The notes: generated from the letters alone by a model not told the origin. Positions 8,576-18,682 are shown, numbered from the stretch's first letter. The stretch is 64,000 nucleotides of DNA from an uncultured delta proteobacterium (GCA_963808625.1 CAWEHK010000039.1:1-64000), one strand, 5' to 3'. Numbers and translations are program-made.

Positions 8576-8770
8576 CACCATGTTCTGATCATATGGTCTG
8601 CAAGCCAAGAGGGGCCGCCATTTCATCGGTTTGGCAACAGTCCTTCGGTCGGAATCTCGACATGGATCGGGCTTATCTCTTGAACGGGCCAGCGGAAAGT
8701 GAGTTTGGAGCCGTGGACCTAAATGTTGGAAGCATCCACAAGCTCAAACCCTGATCCGCCCCCAAACCAA

Positions 8771-9091
8771 TCAATAGTGAACCGCAAGCCAGATCGTTTT
8801 CTCGATGGGATCGGTCCATTCCACACGGTGCTTCTTATGGGCAGGAATATTGATCCAATCGCCGGGCTTCATGACCGCAACCTCATCAGAACCCTCAAAC
8901 CGCAGCCCGGCGCTTCCCCTGAGCACGAGCACCCATTCGCTGCGATCCTGATCGTACAGAAACCCGGGCGGAGACGAATGAGCTTCGGAGATGATCCGCT
9001 CGATTTTCACGGCACCCGCCACCACAATATCTTCAAACAGTTCATCCGGAAGGTCATCCGGAACATGTGAAAAGATATTTCCGATTCGCAT
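8771..9091 (-). CDS. Cupin-domain protein
   Basis: IERIIS, YDQDRSEWVLVLRG and PGDWINIPAHKKHRVEWT motifs. Confidence 0.9.
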   Translation of the reverse strand: MRIGNIFSHVPDDLPDELFEDIVVAGAVKIERIISEAHSSPPGFLYDQDRSEWVLVLRGSAGLRFEGSDEVAVMKPGDWINIPAHKKHRVEWTDPIEKTIWLAVHY

Positions 9092-9145
9092 ATTCGCACA
9101 TCTCCCTAATCGTCTCGGTGACGGCAGATTTCCAAAAACTCATTT

Positions 9146-9279
9146 ACCGCAGAGACGCAGAGGTCGCAGAGAAGAGAAAAAAATAAGAGTTCTCTTCTAT
9201 GCACTGCTAACGTCCAACCTATGGACATTGTTTCAAGATTTCGCTCGGATTTATTGTCTTGTCTGCGTTTCTGCGGTGA
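9146..9279. repeat. REP-like element built from CGCAGAGnn 9-mers in inverted arrangement
   Basis: ACCGCAGAGACGCAGAGGTCGCAGAG at 9146-9171 and inverted TCTGCGTTTCTGCGGTGA at 9262-9279; related copy at 40016-40042. Confidence 0.65.
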
Positions 9280-9305
9280 TGCAATGGGAATTCTTAAACC
9301 GGCAA

Positions 9306-10168
9306 CTACCTCCCCCGCGCAAAGAATTCCGCCCTCAGCCCGGCTGCTTCTTCCGGAGAAGGTTCTGCCACAGCCCGCTGATCAACTTGTGAAACCGGCA
9401 TAACACCGATCAAGGAGTTGAGCACCCAGACGGTCTCGGCCGAAAAAAGCCCGGCGACATCAGCGGAGCGTCTCTCCACCTTGGGACCCCTCTCCTCCAG
9501 TATCTTCATGACGTGCCGAAGAGTGATGCCGGGAAGTTGATAAGCACTGTGAGGCGTCCACCATTCCCCATGGGTCCTAAGGAGCAGAGAACCTGCAGCA
9601 GTCTCGGTAAGCCTTCCTTTAAAGTCGAGCAATAACGGCCTCATCGGCGCCCGCGTCCAGGGCAGCCTGCCGCGCCATCAGGCAAGTGAGATAATTCAGG
9701 GATTTCCATCGAGAAAGCGGTGGCGAAAAACCATCCCGAAAAATGTGCAAGCGATATCCGGTTCCGTAGGTGGCTGGTTGCGGTGGCTCATACTTGCGGA
9801 CATAAACCATTACCGTGGGCTCCCGGGGTATCCGGCAGACCAAGCACCGCTGACGGCCCCCTGGTTACGACGATCTTTGCGGAAGCAACCTGATCTTCCA
9901 GGCGATTTTCTCGCAACAAGTCCGCCAGGATCGCTTCCCAATCGACCGTTAACGGGAGCGGCAGCCTCAATTCTGCCAGGGACTCTTTCAGTCGCTCCAG
10001 GTGATCCCTCAGGTAAAGAACATGACCCTGCTCCGCACGCATCGTCGTAAAGATGCCATCACCGTAAAGGAAGCCCCGATCGAGAGGCGAGATGCGAGCT
10101 TTTTCGAGAGGAAGAAGCCGGCCGTTAAGATAGACCATTTCGTTTGTTTCATGGGCATCACACATCAC
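9306..10168 (-). CDS. pabC: Aminotransferase class IV / probable aminodeoxychorismate lyase; frameshifted near 9850-9800 and 9630
   Basis: DRGFLYGDGIFTT, HLERL, KSLNY, LPGIT and NSLIGVMPV are spread over three frames; lies downstream of pabAB. Confidence 0.75.
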
Positions 10169-11585
10169 GGAAGTTCTCCAGTCTTTCCATCACGTCGAAC
10201 AGAGTGCGCGCTTTGTGCAGAGTCTCCTCATATTCGTCTTCCTCGTTGGAATCATGGACAATCCCGCCGCCCACGGAAAAATAGCATAGCTCTCGATGCA
10301 CCAGGGCAGTCCGGATGGCTACATTCAGGTCCATATTTCCATGCCATCCCAGATAGCCAATGGCGCCTGTATACACATGTCGAACGTTCGGTTCCAGTTC
10401 GTCGATGATTTCCATGGCGCGAATCTTTGGACAGCCGGTGATGGAACCCCCGGGAAACGTTGCTCTCAGGATTTTGCCATAAGTGGCATTCTCCTGCAAC
10501 TCGCCCGTCACGATGGAGATCAAATGATGAACATTTTGATAGGATTCAAGCCGCTTATGGTCAGCAACCCTGATCGTTCTCGGACGACACATTCGACCCA
10601 GATCGTTTCGCAGCAAATCCACAATCATGGAGAGTTCAGCATCGTCCTTGGGGCTGGCTGCAAGCTCGAGACGCAATCGTTCGTCGTCTTCGGGGGTCTT
10701 GCCTCGAGGACGGGTTCCCTTGATGGGCCGCGTTTCAATGTAAGAACCCCGCCGAAAGAGAAAACGTTCCATGGACGTGGAAAGCACCTGATGATCACCC
10801 CCTTGGATAAAGCCGTAAAAAGGGCTTGGGTTCATCTCATAAAGGCGTTCCCAGAGTCCGAAGGGGTTTCCATGAAAAGGAAACTGAAAACGTTGCGACA
10901 GATTCACCTGATACACGTCTCCGTCGCGGATATAGCGTCGAACCCGTCGGATGGAATCCAGATAGCGCTCTCGCGTGAAATTGCTCTGCAAAGGCCCGAG
11001 GCGAAGGCTCGGCGACCTGAAGCCCGGTTTTCCCTGTGGGACGGCAATCTCTTCTGCGGCCGGCGAAAGGTCTTGCTTATTGACCAGAACAAGTCCATGA
11101 AGGCTTCCATTGTGGCGATCGTGAATAATCATCCGACGTGGAAAAAAGAGCAGAACATCCGGCAGGTTCAAGTCATCTTGGGCGGTCTGGGGCAAATTCT
11201 CGATCTGGTTCTTAAGATCATAAGCAAAATAGCCCATGGCGCCACCGGCAAAAGGGTGGGGGCCTAAAGGAAAACCCGGGTGCAACAACGCAAAGATCTC
11301 GTCAAGAATGTCCAGGGGCGCTCCCTCGAGTGTTGCGGCGCCGCCTCGAGCGGAAACCTCCACCACCCGGCCCTTGCTCTTAAACACCAGGAAGGGGTCC
11401 CATCCGGCAATTGAATACCGAGCGCAGTCCAGGTGCCCTCCGCTCAAAAGCACGGCGCTGAAGGGCTCGAATGCCAGACTCTGAACTGCATCCAAAAAAC
11501 CGGCATCATCCATGCCGCTCTGAGCCAGCAGTTGGATGGCCAGGCGCATGGGTTGCCGAGGAAGTAAGAAACTGAGCTCATTCAT
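10158..11585 (-). CDS. pabB: Aminodeoxychorismate synthase component I
   Basis: GDVYQVNLSQR, RPIKGTRPRG, AELSMIVDLLRND and FPGGSITGCPK motifs. Confidence 0.9.
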   Translation of the reverse strand: MNELSFLLPRQPMRLAIQLLAQSGMDDAGFLDAVQSLAFEPFSAVLLSGGHLDCARYSIAGWDPFLVFKSKGRVVEVSARGGAATLEGAPLDILDEIFALLHPGFPLGPHPFAGGAMGYFAYDLKNQIENLPQTAQDDLNLPDVLLFFPRRMIIHDRHNGSLHGLVLVNKQDLSPAAEEIAVPQGKPGFRSPSLRLGPLQSNFTRERYLDSIRRVRRYIRDGDVYQVNLSQRFQFPFHGNPFGLWERLYEMNPSPFYGFIQGGDHQVLSTSMERFLFRRGSYIETRPIKGTRPRGKTPEDDERLRLELAASPKDDAELSMIVDLLRNDLGRMCRPRTIRVADHKRLESYQNVHHLISIVTGELQENATYGKILRATFPGGSITGCPKIRAMEIIDELEPNVRHVYTGAIGYLGWHGNMDLNVAIRTALVHRELCYFSVGGGIVHDSNEEDEYEETLHKARTLFDVMERLENFRDV

Positions 11586-12270
11586 CGATAATCCTACCGC
11601 CGGGGATTATGTTCGAGAGGAAAGCTGAGTTATTCGATCCCGCGGGGCCGATTCTGGGGAAACAATCCAGGTTGCCATGCGGATGGTCTGCGGGTGCTCG
11701 CCATTTTGGTTGAAGGGCAAGAAAATTCGCTGCCAACTGGTATCCGTATTCGCTGAGAAACGATTCCGGATGGAACTGAACTCCGCATAGCGGCCAACAC
11801 TCGTGCTGAATCCCCATGACCACATGATCTTGGGCATATGCCAAGGGCCGCAGGCAGGGCGATCTCATGATAATTTGCAGGGAATGATAGCGTGCCACCC
11901 GAAGCGGGGAAGGAAGTCCGGAAAAGATCCCGTAACCATTGTGTTCAATCCTTGAACATTTGCCATGAACGGGTTCCGGGGCCCTGACGGTGATGCCGTC
12001 GAAGACCTCGTTGATGGCTTGCATGCCCAGGCAAACGCCCAGAATCGGGATGGTAGGCGCAAATCGGCGGATCACGTCCTTGCTGATCCCTGAATGAGCC
12101 GGATCTTTGGGCCCGGGTGAGATACAAATCCAGTCCGGCTGCAAAAGCTCTACCTTCGAGAGTGCAATCTGATCGTTTCGGTAGACCTGGACCTCCAGGT
12201 CAAATTCATAGAAGAGCTGGACCAGGTTGTGCGTAAAGGAATCGTAGTTATCAATCATGACCATGAGCAT
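11578..12270 (-). CDS. pabA: Aminodeoxychorismate/anthranilate synthase glutamine amidotransferase
   Basis: IDNYDSFT, ISPGP, GVCLG, RYHSL and QFHPES motifs. Confidence 0.9.
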   Translation of the reverse strand: MLMVMIDNYDSFTHNLVQLFYEFDLEVQVYRNDQIALSKVELLQPDWICISPGPKDPAHSGISKDVIRRFAPTIPILGVCLGMQAINEVFDGITVRAPEPVHGKCSRIEHNGYGIFSGLPSPLRVARYHSLQIIMRSPCLRPLAYAQDHVVMGIQHECWPLCGVQFHPESFLSEYGYQLAANFLALQPKWRAPADHPHGNLDCFPRIGPAGSNNSAFLSNIIPGGRIIDE

Positions 12271-12282
12271 GCTTCACCCCAT

Positions 12283-12320
12283 AAAAAAAGCCACCCCGAC
12301 TCAACGAGCCTGGGTGGCTT
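12283..12320 (-). terminator. Intrinsic terminator 12 nt upstream of the pabA start
   Basis: Minus strand AAGCCACCC-AGGCTC-GTT-GAGTCG-GGGTGGC followed by T7. Confidence 0.85.
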
Positions 12321-12343
12321 GCGCCTGACATAACTCGACCGTT
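12283..12343 (-). ncRNA. Candidate cis-regulatory leader RNA (attenuator/riboswitch) of pabABC
   Basis: Alternative hairpin CGAGUU-AUGUCA-GGC-GCAA-GCC-ACCCA-GGCUCG (12337-12305) uses the terminator 5' arm. Confidence 0.5.
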
Positions 12344-12371
12344 ACCCTATGAGAATTTCAGATTTTGTCAA
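12344..12371 (-). promoter_or_regulatory. Probable sigma70 promoter of the pab leader
   Basis: TTGACA (12371-12366), 16-bp spacer, TAGGGT (12349-12344). Confidence 0.55.
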
Positions 12372-12455
12372 GGTGATTATTAGAGCGTTGGTCGAGTGCC
12401 AATAGGCAACCGAATACCTGCATTTTCTCGGTTCAGGGCAATTCATCCCGTACGT

Positions 12456-13208
12456 TTACGGAGTCAGACGAAACTTCCACGCACAATACCATTCATCAGG
12501 ATGGGCTTCGGGGGGGCAGCCGACACATTCGGTTTCGATGCGGGGATCAATGGCCCAGGCGAAAAATGGATATTCCACCATTCCGGCGGATTTGCACGGG
12601 TAATCCGGCAAGCCGCGGCGTTTGCGGGCTGACTGCACCCGGCAGTCGTCCATGCGGAAGATGAACGAATTTTCGTCCACATCATGAATGGACTGCCGAT
12701 TGATGCGCGCGTACATCCGAAAGCCCAGGGCGCTTTTCAGGCCCTCCAGCCCTGGCGCCTGCGGAAGTCCCAATAGTTCCTTTATGCGCAGGGCCTCGTA
12801 GGGCGAGAAGCGCGACCAGCAAGTGTCATTGCACCGTTTGGCGGTGTCCATCCCGAAGCGCTTTTCGACGGCCTGGAACCACACTCCATCGTTGGCCAGC
12901 CAGTTGACCGAAACGGCATCCGCCACCTTTAACAGCTCCTCCTTCGGTAGTTGTTTCAGGCTCTTGGGAACGCCATCCTCGATCTCGAACCCGAAAATGC
13001 CGGACATGCGCTTGAGGATGATGCCCCAGGAGGCTTCGCCGGCCTCCGACTCAACCGCTGCCGCCCGGTCGATCCCAAGCTGGTAGTCCACCTCCCGGAA
13101 CCAGCACCCGTAATGGATCAAGGTGCGCCGGAAACCGTCCATCACCCATCGCACCAGCTCGGCTTGCGACAGGTCTTCGACTGACCTGGGGAATTGCTGA
13201 TCCGGCAT
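12456..13208 (-). CDS. DUF6125-like protein (two related halves)
   Basis: NWLANDGVWFQAVE, CRVQSARKR, YPCKSAG and CVGCPP...WYCAWKF motifs. Confidence 0.7.
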   Translation of the reverse strand: MPDQQFPRSVEDLSQAELVRWVMDGFRRTLIHYGCWFREVDYQLGIDRAAAVESEAGEASWGIILKRMSGIFGFEIEDGVPKSLKQLPKEELLKVADAVSVNWLANDGVWFQAVEKRFGMDTAKRCNDTCWSRFSPYEALRIKELLGLPQAPGLEGLKSALGFRMYARINRQSIHDVDENSFIFRMDDCRVQSARKRRGLPDYPCKSAGMVEYPFFAWAIDPRIETECVGCPPEAHPDEWYCAWKFRLTP

Positions 13209-13502
13209 TTCTTTTCTCCCTTCCTTGAAAGCAATCAGCTATTGGCTTGAAAGAAACGACAGGAACTCATGCTGGCCGGGATGTGCTCGAAGGAAGTCGC
13301 AGGAGACGAACCACCAGCTTGCGCGGAGGTCAGGCTACAATAAACCTCCCGCTCAGATCAAGGAAAATGGGATGGGAGAAAAGATGGAAGGTCTGGTGGG
13401 GCGGGGGAGGGGACTTCGCTCTCACTCAGCCTTTTCAAGGCCGGAAAACCGCTGATCCGTGGAGGTTACCAGTACACACGGCAGAAATCGTCGGCCATTC
13501 CT

Positions 13503-13593
13503 GGTGGGCACGATAAAGCCCTGTGCCCACCCTACGAAACACTGTTCGTCGCGGGGATTCAAGGTAGGGTGGGCACTTCTTCTGGTGCCCACC
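13503..13593. repeat. Inverted pair of GTAG-family REP palindromes (REPIN/BIME-like)
   Basis: GTAGGGTGGGCAC-loop-GTGCCCACC on minus (13535-13503) and plus (13564-13593) strands. Confidence 0.8.
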
Positions 13594-13629
13594 CAAACTG
13601 ATTTCGGACTTTCGCCCAGCCGTACCGGG

Positions 13630-13677
13630 CACCAGCCACCAGCCACTGGTCACTAGCCACTAGCCACTGGTAACTAG
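13630..13677. repeat. Heptamer tandem array (CACTAGC/CACCAGC/CACTGGT, ~7 units) at the glnA stop
   Basis: Directly visible; overlaps the glnA TAG. Confidence 0.85.
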
Positions 13678-15086
13678 ATATCAAAGTAGAGTTTGAACTC
13701 GTGGGGATGCGGCCTCATCCGGACCGGGTCCACTTCACTCAAGGTCTTGTATTCGATCCAGGTCTGGATCACATCTTCGGTGAACACGTCGCCCTTGAGC
13801 AGGAATTCATGGTCGTCTTCAAGGGCTTTCAAGGCTTCATCCAGCGATCCCGGTGTCGAAGGGACCTTGGCCAGTTCTTCCGGGGCCAGGGCATAGATGT
13901 CTTTGTCCAGGGGCTCTCCCGGATGAATGCGATTTTCGATGCCGTCGAGGGCCGCCATCAGCAGCGCGCTGAAGGCCATGTAGCCGTTGCAGGAGGGGTC
14001 CGGAAAGCGGACTTCGAGGCGTTTGAGCTTCGGCGACGGGGAGTACATCGGGATGCGGATGCCGGCGCTGCGGTTGCGGCTGGAATAGGCCAGGTTTACC
14101 GGGGCTTCATAGCCCGGGACGAGGCGTTTATAAGAATTGGTGGTCGGGTTGGTGATCGCGCAGATCGCCCGAGCGTGTTTGAGGACGCCGCCAGCCGCAA
14201 ACAGGGCCATTTCGCTGAGACCCGCATACTTGTCTCCGGCAAAGAGCGGTTGCCCTTCTTTCCAGATGCTCATATGGATGTGCATTCCCGAACCATTGTC
14301 CCCGAAGAGCGGTTTCGGCATGAAGGTTACGGTCTTACAGTTGCGCCGGGCGACGTTCTTTATGACATATTTGTACCACTGCAGGTTGTCTCCCATCTTC
14401 ACCAGCGGCGCCGCTTTCATGTCGATTTCGGCCTGGCCTGCGGTAGCCACCTCATGATGCTGGCATTCGATGTTGAGGCCGACCTGTTGCAGCATCAGGA
14501 CCATCTCGGTGCGAAGGTCCTGTTGCGAGTCCATGGGGGGCACGGGAAAGTACCCTTCCTTATGGCGCGGTTTGTAGCCCAGGTTGGGGTTTTCCATCCG
14601 GCCGCTGTTCCAGATCCCCTCGACCGAATCGATGAAGTAATAGCCGTACTGACAGGCGTCATCGAAGCGGATTTCATCAAAAATGAAAAATTCCGCTTCC
14701 GGGCCAAAAAAGGCGGTGTCACCAAGGCCCGTAAACTTGAGATAGGCTTCGGCCTTTTGCGCGATGTAGCGGGGGTCCCTGGTGTAGCGCTCTTTCGTGA
14801 CGGGGTCCACCACGTTGCAGATCATGGTCATCGTCGGGACCGCCATAAAAGGGTCCATGATCGCGGTGGCGGCGTCAGGAATGATCAGCATGTCGCTGGC
14901 GTGGATGGGCTGCCATCCGCGGATGCTCGAGCCGTCAAAGCCGTACCCGTTTTCGAAATCCGCCTCACTCAATTCTTCGATGGGGTTGGTAAAATGCTGC
15001 CACGTTCCGACAAAATCCAGAAATTTGAAATCCACCATTTTGGCGCCTTGCTCTTTGGCAAAGGCAAGCACTTCCTTCGGGGTCAT
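13674..15086 (-). CDS. glnA: Glutamine synthetase type I
   Basis: [45 protein letters not shown] and NRSAGIRIP motifs. Confidence 0.97.
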   Translation of the reverse strand: MTPKEVLAFAKEQGAKMVDFKFLDFVGTWQHFTNPIEELSEADFENGYGFDGSSIRGWQPIHASDMLIIPDAATAIMDPFMAVPTMTMICNVVDPVTKERYTRDPRYIAQKAEAYLKFTGLGDTAFFGPEAEFFIFDEIRFDDACQYGYYFIDSVEGIWNSGRMENPNLGYKPRHKEGYFPVPPMDSQQDLRTEMVLMLQQVGLNIECQHHEVATAGQAEIDMKAAPLVKMGDNLQWYKYVIKNVARRNCKTVTFMPKPLFGDNGSGMHIHMSIWKEGQPLFAGDKYAGLSEMALFAAGGVLKHARAICAITNPTTNSYKRLVPGYEAPVNLAYSSRNRSAGIRIPMYSPSPKLKRLEVRFPDPSCNGYMAFSALLMAALDGIENRIHPGEPLDKDIYALAPEELAKVPSTPGSLDEALKALEDDHEFLLKGDVFTEDVIQTWIEYKTLSEVDPVRMRPHPHEFKLYFDI

Positions 15087-15144
15087 AACGCTTCCTCCTG
15101 TATAATTTTAGTGTTTGTCGTCAATCATGGTATGACATGCTATA

Positions 15145-15161
15145 AGCAATTTCCTTGCCAA
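15145..15161 (-). promoter_or_regulatory. Sigma54 (-24/-12) promoter of glnA
   Basis: TTGGCAAGGAAATTGCT (GG-N10-GC) 58 bp upstream of the ATG. Confidence 0.8.
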
Positions 15162-15435
15162 CCGACGCTTCTCAACCTAAAACCTGAGAAATGCTATCAA
15201 TCCAATCGCCAAAATGGACAAAATTGAACTGCGCTCCGGTAACGCCCCATGCATCGGCTTTGCCTCCACCCCCTTTTAGCCTGGCTAACAGTACGTAACA
15301 ACAACACTTTAGGGTTAATAAGTTCGCCTCATGCGGGCGCAACAAAATTGTTGCATTATGGTGAACAGCCAAGGATATTTGCCATTGCATTCCTGAGGCC
15401 GAATTGCCTATCATTCCAGTCTCATTCAAAGGGGG

Positions 15436-16293
15436 ATGATCATGCACCATATTGCCGTCATTTATAAGCATGCCCGGCCGGAAGCAGCGCGTCTGGCAGA
15501 GGACATCAGGGTCTGGCTCGAAAGCCGTCAGGTCCAGGTTTCGTTGCAGGAGAATATCGACACTTCCGAATTTTGCCGCAGTTACTCACGAATCACCATC
15601 CCGGCAACGGTGGATGCCGTGGTGGTACTTGGGGGTGACGGGACCTTTCTGAGCGTGGCGCGCTCGCTCGAAGATCTCTCCATCCCACTGGTTGGAGTCA
15701 ACCTCGGGGGTCTCGGCTTTCTCACTGAAATCAGCACCGGGTCATGTTTCGAGGAGATCAAAGAAATCCTGGACGGCCATTTTGCCATCGAGGAGCGCAT
15801 GCGTCTCCAGGTATCAATCCGGCGTGAAGACGAGGAAGTGTTCTCGCAGAGCGTGCTGAACGATGTCGTCATCAGCAAGGGTGCTCTGGCTCGCATCCTG
15901 GACCTCAAGACCACGATCGATGGGCACTACCTCACCCATTACCGCGCTGACGGCCTCATCGTCTCCACGCCCACGGGTTCCACGGCTTACAATTTGTCCG
16001 CCGGAGGGCCGATTGTGTATCCGACCACCAGCGCCATCATCCTCACTCCTATTTGCCCTTTTGCCCTGACCAACCGTCCCATCATCCTGCCGCCCCACGT
16101 CACGATCCAGGTGGAATTGACCGAACCCGCCAAACATGTAACCCTTACCTGTGATGGTCAGGTCGGCTGTGAACTGGCTCCCTGCGATCAACTCCTGATT
16201 TCGGTTGCGCCCAACCCGCTTAGGCTGATCAGGACTTCGTCCATCGAATACTTCAAGATCCTCAGGACGAAGCTGAAATGGGGTCAGGTTTAG
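15436..16293 (+). CDS. nadK: NAD(+)/NADH kinase
   Basis: LGGDGTFL, GVNLGGLGFL, LND and DGLIVSTPTGSTAYNLSAGGP motifs. Confidence 0.95.
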   Translation: MIMHHIAVIYKHARPEAARLAEDIRVWLESRQVQVSLQENIDTSEFCRSYSRITIPATVDAVVVLGGDGTFLSVARSLEDLSIPLVGVNLGGLGFLTEISTGSCFEEIKEILDGHFAIEERMRLQVSIRREDEEVFSQSVLNDVVISKGALARILDLKTTIDGHYLTHYRADGLIVSTPTGSTAYNLSAGGPIVYPTTSAIILTPICPFALTNRPIILPPHVTIQVELTEPAKHVTLTCDGQVGCELAPCDQLLISVAPNPLRLIRTSSIEYFKILRTKLKWGQV

Positions 16294-16303
16294 GTCTCTG
16301 TCC

Positions 16304-17182
16304 TCAGAGCGCTCTCAGCCATTCGGGTTTGAGCGGGATCGTCCCGCTGATGGCTGCATCAATGGCCTGCAAGGCCTTGTCTTTATCGGCGGGCATCTTG
16401 ACCTTGAGCGGCAAATAATTCGAGGCGTGATTGGAAAGAAAAATGCCGCGCGTCAGATGGGTGTGAAAGAGCATGGTGCGAAGTTCCAGCAGCAATTCCG
16501 GTTGCGTCGGCAGCTCAAACCCGCCGTCTTTGACCTTTTGGCCGATCTCCGTATTGGGCAGGACCATCAGCGTGAGCACTCCGACATAGTTTGGGTTCAT
16601 GGCGGTAAGCGCCACGCCCGTCTCGCGGGCATGAATCAAGGAACGTTCCCGCCCGGCGATTCCCAGGAGAGCCGTAACGGAGAGTTTCAGCCCCGCGTCA
16701 CGCACTTTTTGCCCTGCTGCGATCATCCGTTCGGGGGTAACCCCTTTCTTGATCTCACGCAAGACCTCGGCGTCGCCACTTTCCAGCCCGAGGTAGACAA
16801 TTCCCAGCCCGAGCTCCCGCAGCTGCTCGAGTTCTTCGGGCGTCTTGCGCAGGATGCTCTTGGCGTTGCCATAGAGCCCGACCCGTTGAATCCGGGGCAG
16901 CGCCTGCCTGATCCGGGAAAGGAGCGAGACCAGCTTTGGCTGCGGCAAAATCAACGCATCGCCGTCGGTCAAAAAAACCCGCCGAAGAAAGGCGAGGTTC
17001 TCAGCGGCATAGCGAATGTCCGCGTCGATGATGGCTTCATCCTTGATGCGAAAACGTTCCCCCTTGTATGTTCCACAAAAGGTGCACTTGTTGTGAGAAC
17101 AGCCTACGGTAACCTGCAGCAGGATGCTGTCAGCTTCGCTGGGAGGACGAATGATCACTCCTTCGTAATGCATTCCATTCAT
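16304..17182 (-). CDS. Radical SAM protein of unknown function
   Basis: RPPSEA and CxxxCxxC (CSHNKCTFC), GLESG, NHASNY motifs. Confidence 0.9.
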   Translation of the reverse strand: MNGMHYEGVIIRPPSEADSILLQVTVGCSHNKCTFCGTYKGERFRIKDEAIIDADIRYAAENLAFLRRVFLTDGDALILPQPKLVSLLSRIRQALPRIQRVGLYGNAKSILRKTPEELEQLRELGLGIVYLGLESGDAEVLREIKKGVTPERMIAAGQKVRDAGLKLSVTALLGIAGRERSLIHARETGVALTAMNPNYVGVLTLMVLPNTEIGQKVKDGGFELPTQPELLLELRTMLFHTHLTRGIFLSNHASNYLPLKVKMPADKDKALQAIDAAISGTIPLKPEWLRAL

Positions 17183-17527
17183 GGCGACGATTGTCCTCCC
17201 GGATCAGTCCTCTTTGCTTCGGTTACGGTCTATTTCCCAACAAATGGGATTATGAGCATGGATCTCCATAACCCGGAATACTAAATAACCTGTTCTCCGC
17301 TGGTGGAGTATAGTAAAACTTGAGGGCATGGAGAGTGCCGTGGGTGGGGTTAGCCGCATTTGCCAGTGGGGACATGGGGCGCCGCCTTTCGAGGTGGATG
17401 GCTCTGGGCGTCAAAGGGCAGGGCACACTCGGGGCGGACGGGCAATACAAAAATGTCCAATCCATTAGAGGCCCTTAACGGTATTGCTAAACGAAACACT
17501 GATAAGAAGTCTCGGGGCTGCTCGTTA

Positions 17528-17936
17528 ATGAAACCAACCTTTGCCGAGCTTCCGGCTGGCGCAAAATGCACGCGTTGCCGTTCCCGGGGCACGATCCGCA
17601 TGCGCCAGCACCATGCTATTTTCTGCTCAGAATGCTTTCTGCACTATTTCTGCACTATTTCAGAACAGCGGTTGAACGGGCCCCATGAAGCAGTTCGGGT
17701 TGCCAGCAAATACGGCGATCCTCGTGGCCGTCTCAGGGGGCAAGGATTCGCTGGCCCTCTGGGATGTGCTGCACGACTTGGGCTACCAGACGAAAGGTCT
17801 GCACCTTGGCCTGGGCATTGATGGTTTTTCGGAAGCCTCGAGGGAGGCGATAGAAACCTTTGCCAAGGAAAGAGACCTGGCGTGGGTGAGTCACTCTCTA
17901 AGAGTGTCCCTTTTTCTCCTGCAAGCAATGCGGTGA
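17528..17936 (+). pseudogene. Truncated TtuA/TtcA-family tRNA thiolation protein
   Basis: CTRC...FCSECF zinc finger and PP-loop VAVSGGKDS; 11-bp tandem duplication at 17640-17661; homology-like sequence stops near 17900. Confidence 0.8.
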
Positions 17937-18137
17937 ACCTGCCCATGCTGACTTGTGCAGTGTCTGCAGCCTCCTGGCAAAGATTGGCCGCGGAGGGGAA
18001 GATGGGAGTGAGACACGGTGAAGCGGGGATGGAGTGGGAAGTCATGCCGGTGCACTAAGAGCTGCGGGCAAAGGTGTGCAGCATCTCACCATTAGGGCGC
18101 GTGATCAGACCAAATGGCCCGAGGCTGCGCAAGCAGC

Positions 18138-18186
18138 CAACCATCAACGGTCAACCATCAACGGTCAACCATCAACCATCAACCAT
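18138..18186. repeat. Heptamer tandem array (CAACCAT/CAACGGT x7) overlapping the hoxW stop
   Basis: Directly visible. Confidence 0.9.
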
Positions 18187-18651
18187 AGTGAGCGGCCAGT
18201 CGGGTGGGAGCTGCTCAAGCAATGCGGGGAGGGTGTCGAGAGCTCTCTGGGCCGCCTCACTCAAACCCTCGCCATGATCAAAATCGACCCCCGGGGCAGT
18301 GAGCAGCCAGGCGGGCGGGCTCTTGTCATAGAGCAGGCGGGCATAGGTCAGGATCGCGGCAGGGCCGACATGATGCCCCAAACTCTGGGGGCCCTGTTCG
18401 GTGCCAAGCGGATGGACCTCAAGGTCCATTTGCCCATCCCCGGCAGAGGCGACTCGCGTATCCACAAACACCACAGCAGCAACGCCATCCGCCGCAACGG
18501 AGAGGGCTAAATCGGGGGTAAGCTGGTGGACGGCAATGGAGTCAACAGCCAAGCCGCGTTGGCGCAGCGCATCCTCCAATTGTTGGCCCAAAATTAAGCC
18601 TGCGCCGTCATCACGGCGCAGGCTGTTACCATAAGCGATGATCAGAATCAC
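18172..18651 (-). CDS. hoxW: Hydrogenase maturation protease
   Basis: YGNSLRRDDGAG, HQLTPDLA, VVFVD and HH motifs; follows hoxH. Confidence 0.88.
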   Translation of the reverse strand: MILIIAYGNSLRRDDGAGLILGQQLEDALRQRGLAVDSIAVHQLTPDLALSVAADGVAAVVFVDTRVASAGDGQMDLEVHPLGTEQGPQSLGHHVGPAAILTYARLLYDKSPPAWLLTAPGVDFDHGEGLSEAAQRALDTLPALLEQLPPDWPLTMVDG

Positions 18652-18682
18652 AAGGTCAATCCCCTGATCACTGAATCATCAA

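Noticed and set aside
13701..15227. Long plus-strand ORFs opposite glnA (also opposite hoxH, fdhF, nuoF-like and purB)
   Set aside because: Antisense shadows caused by GC-rich codon bias; no recognisable motifs.
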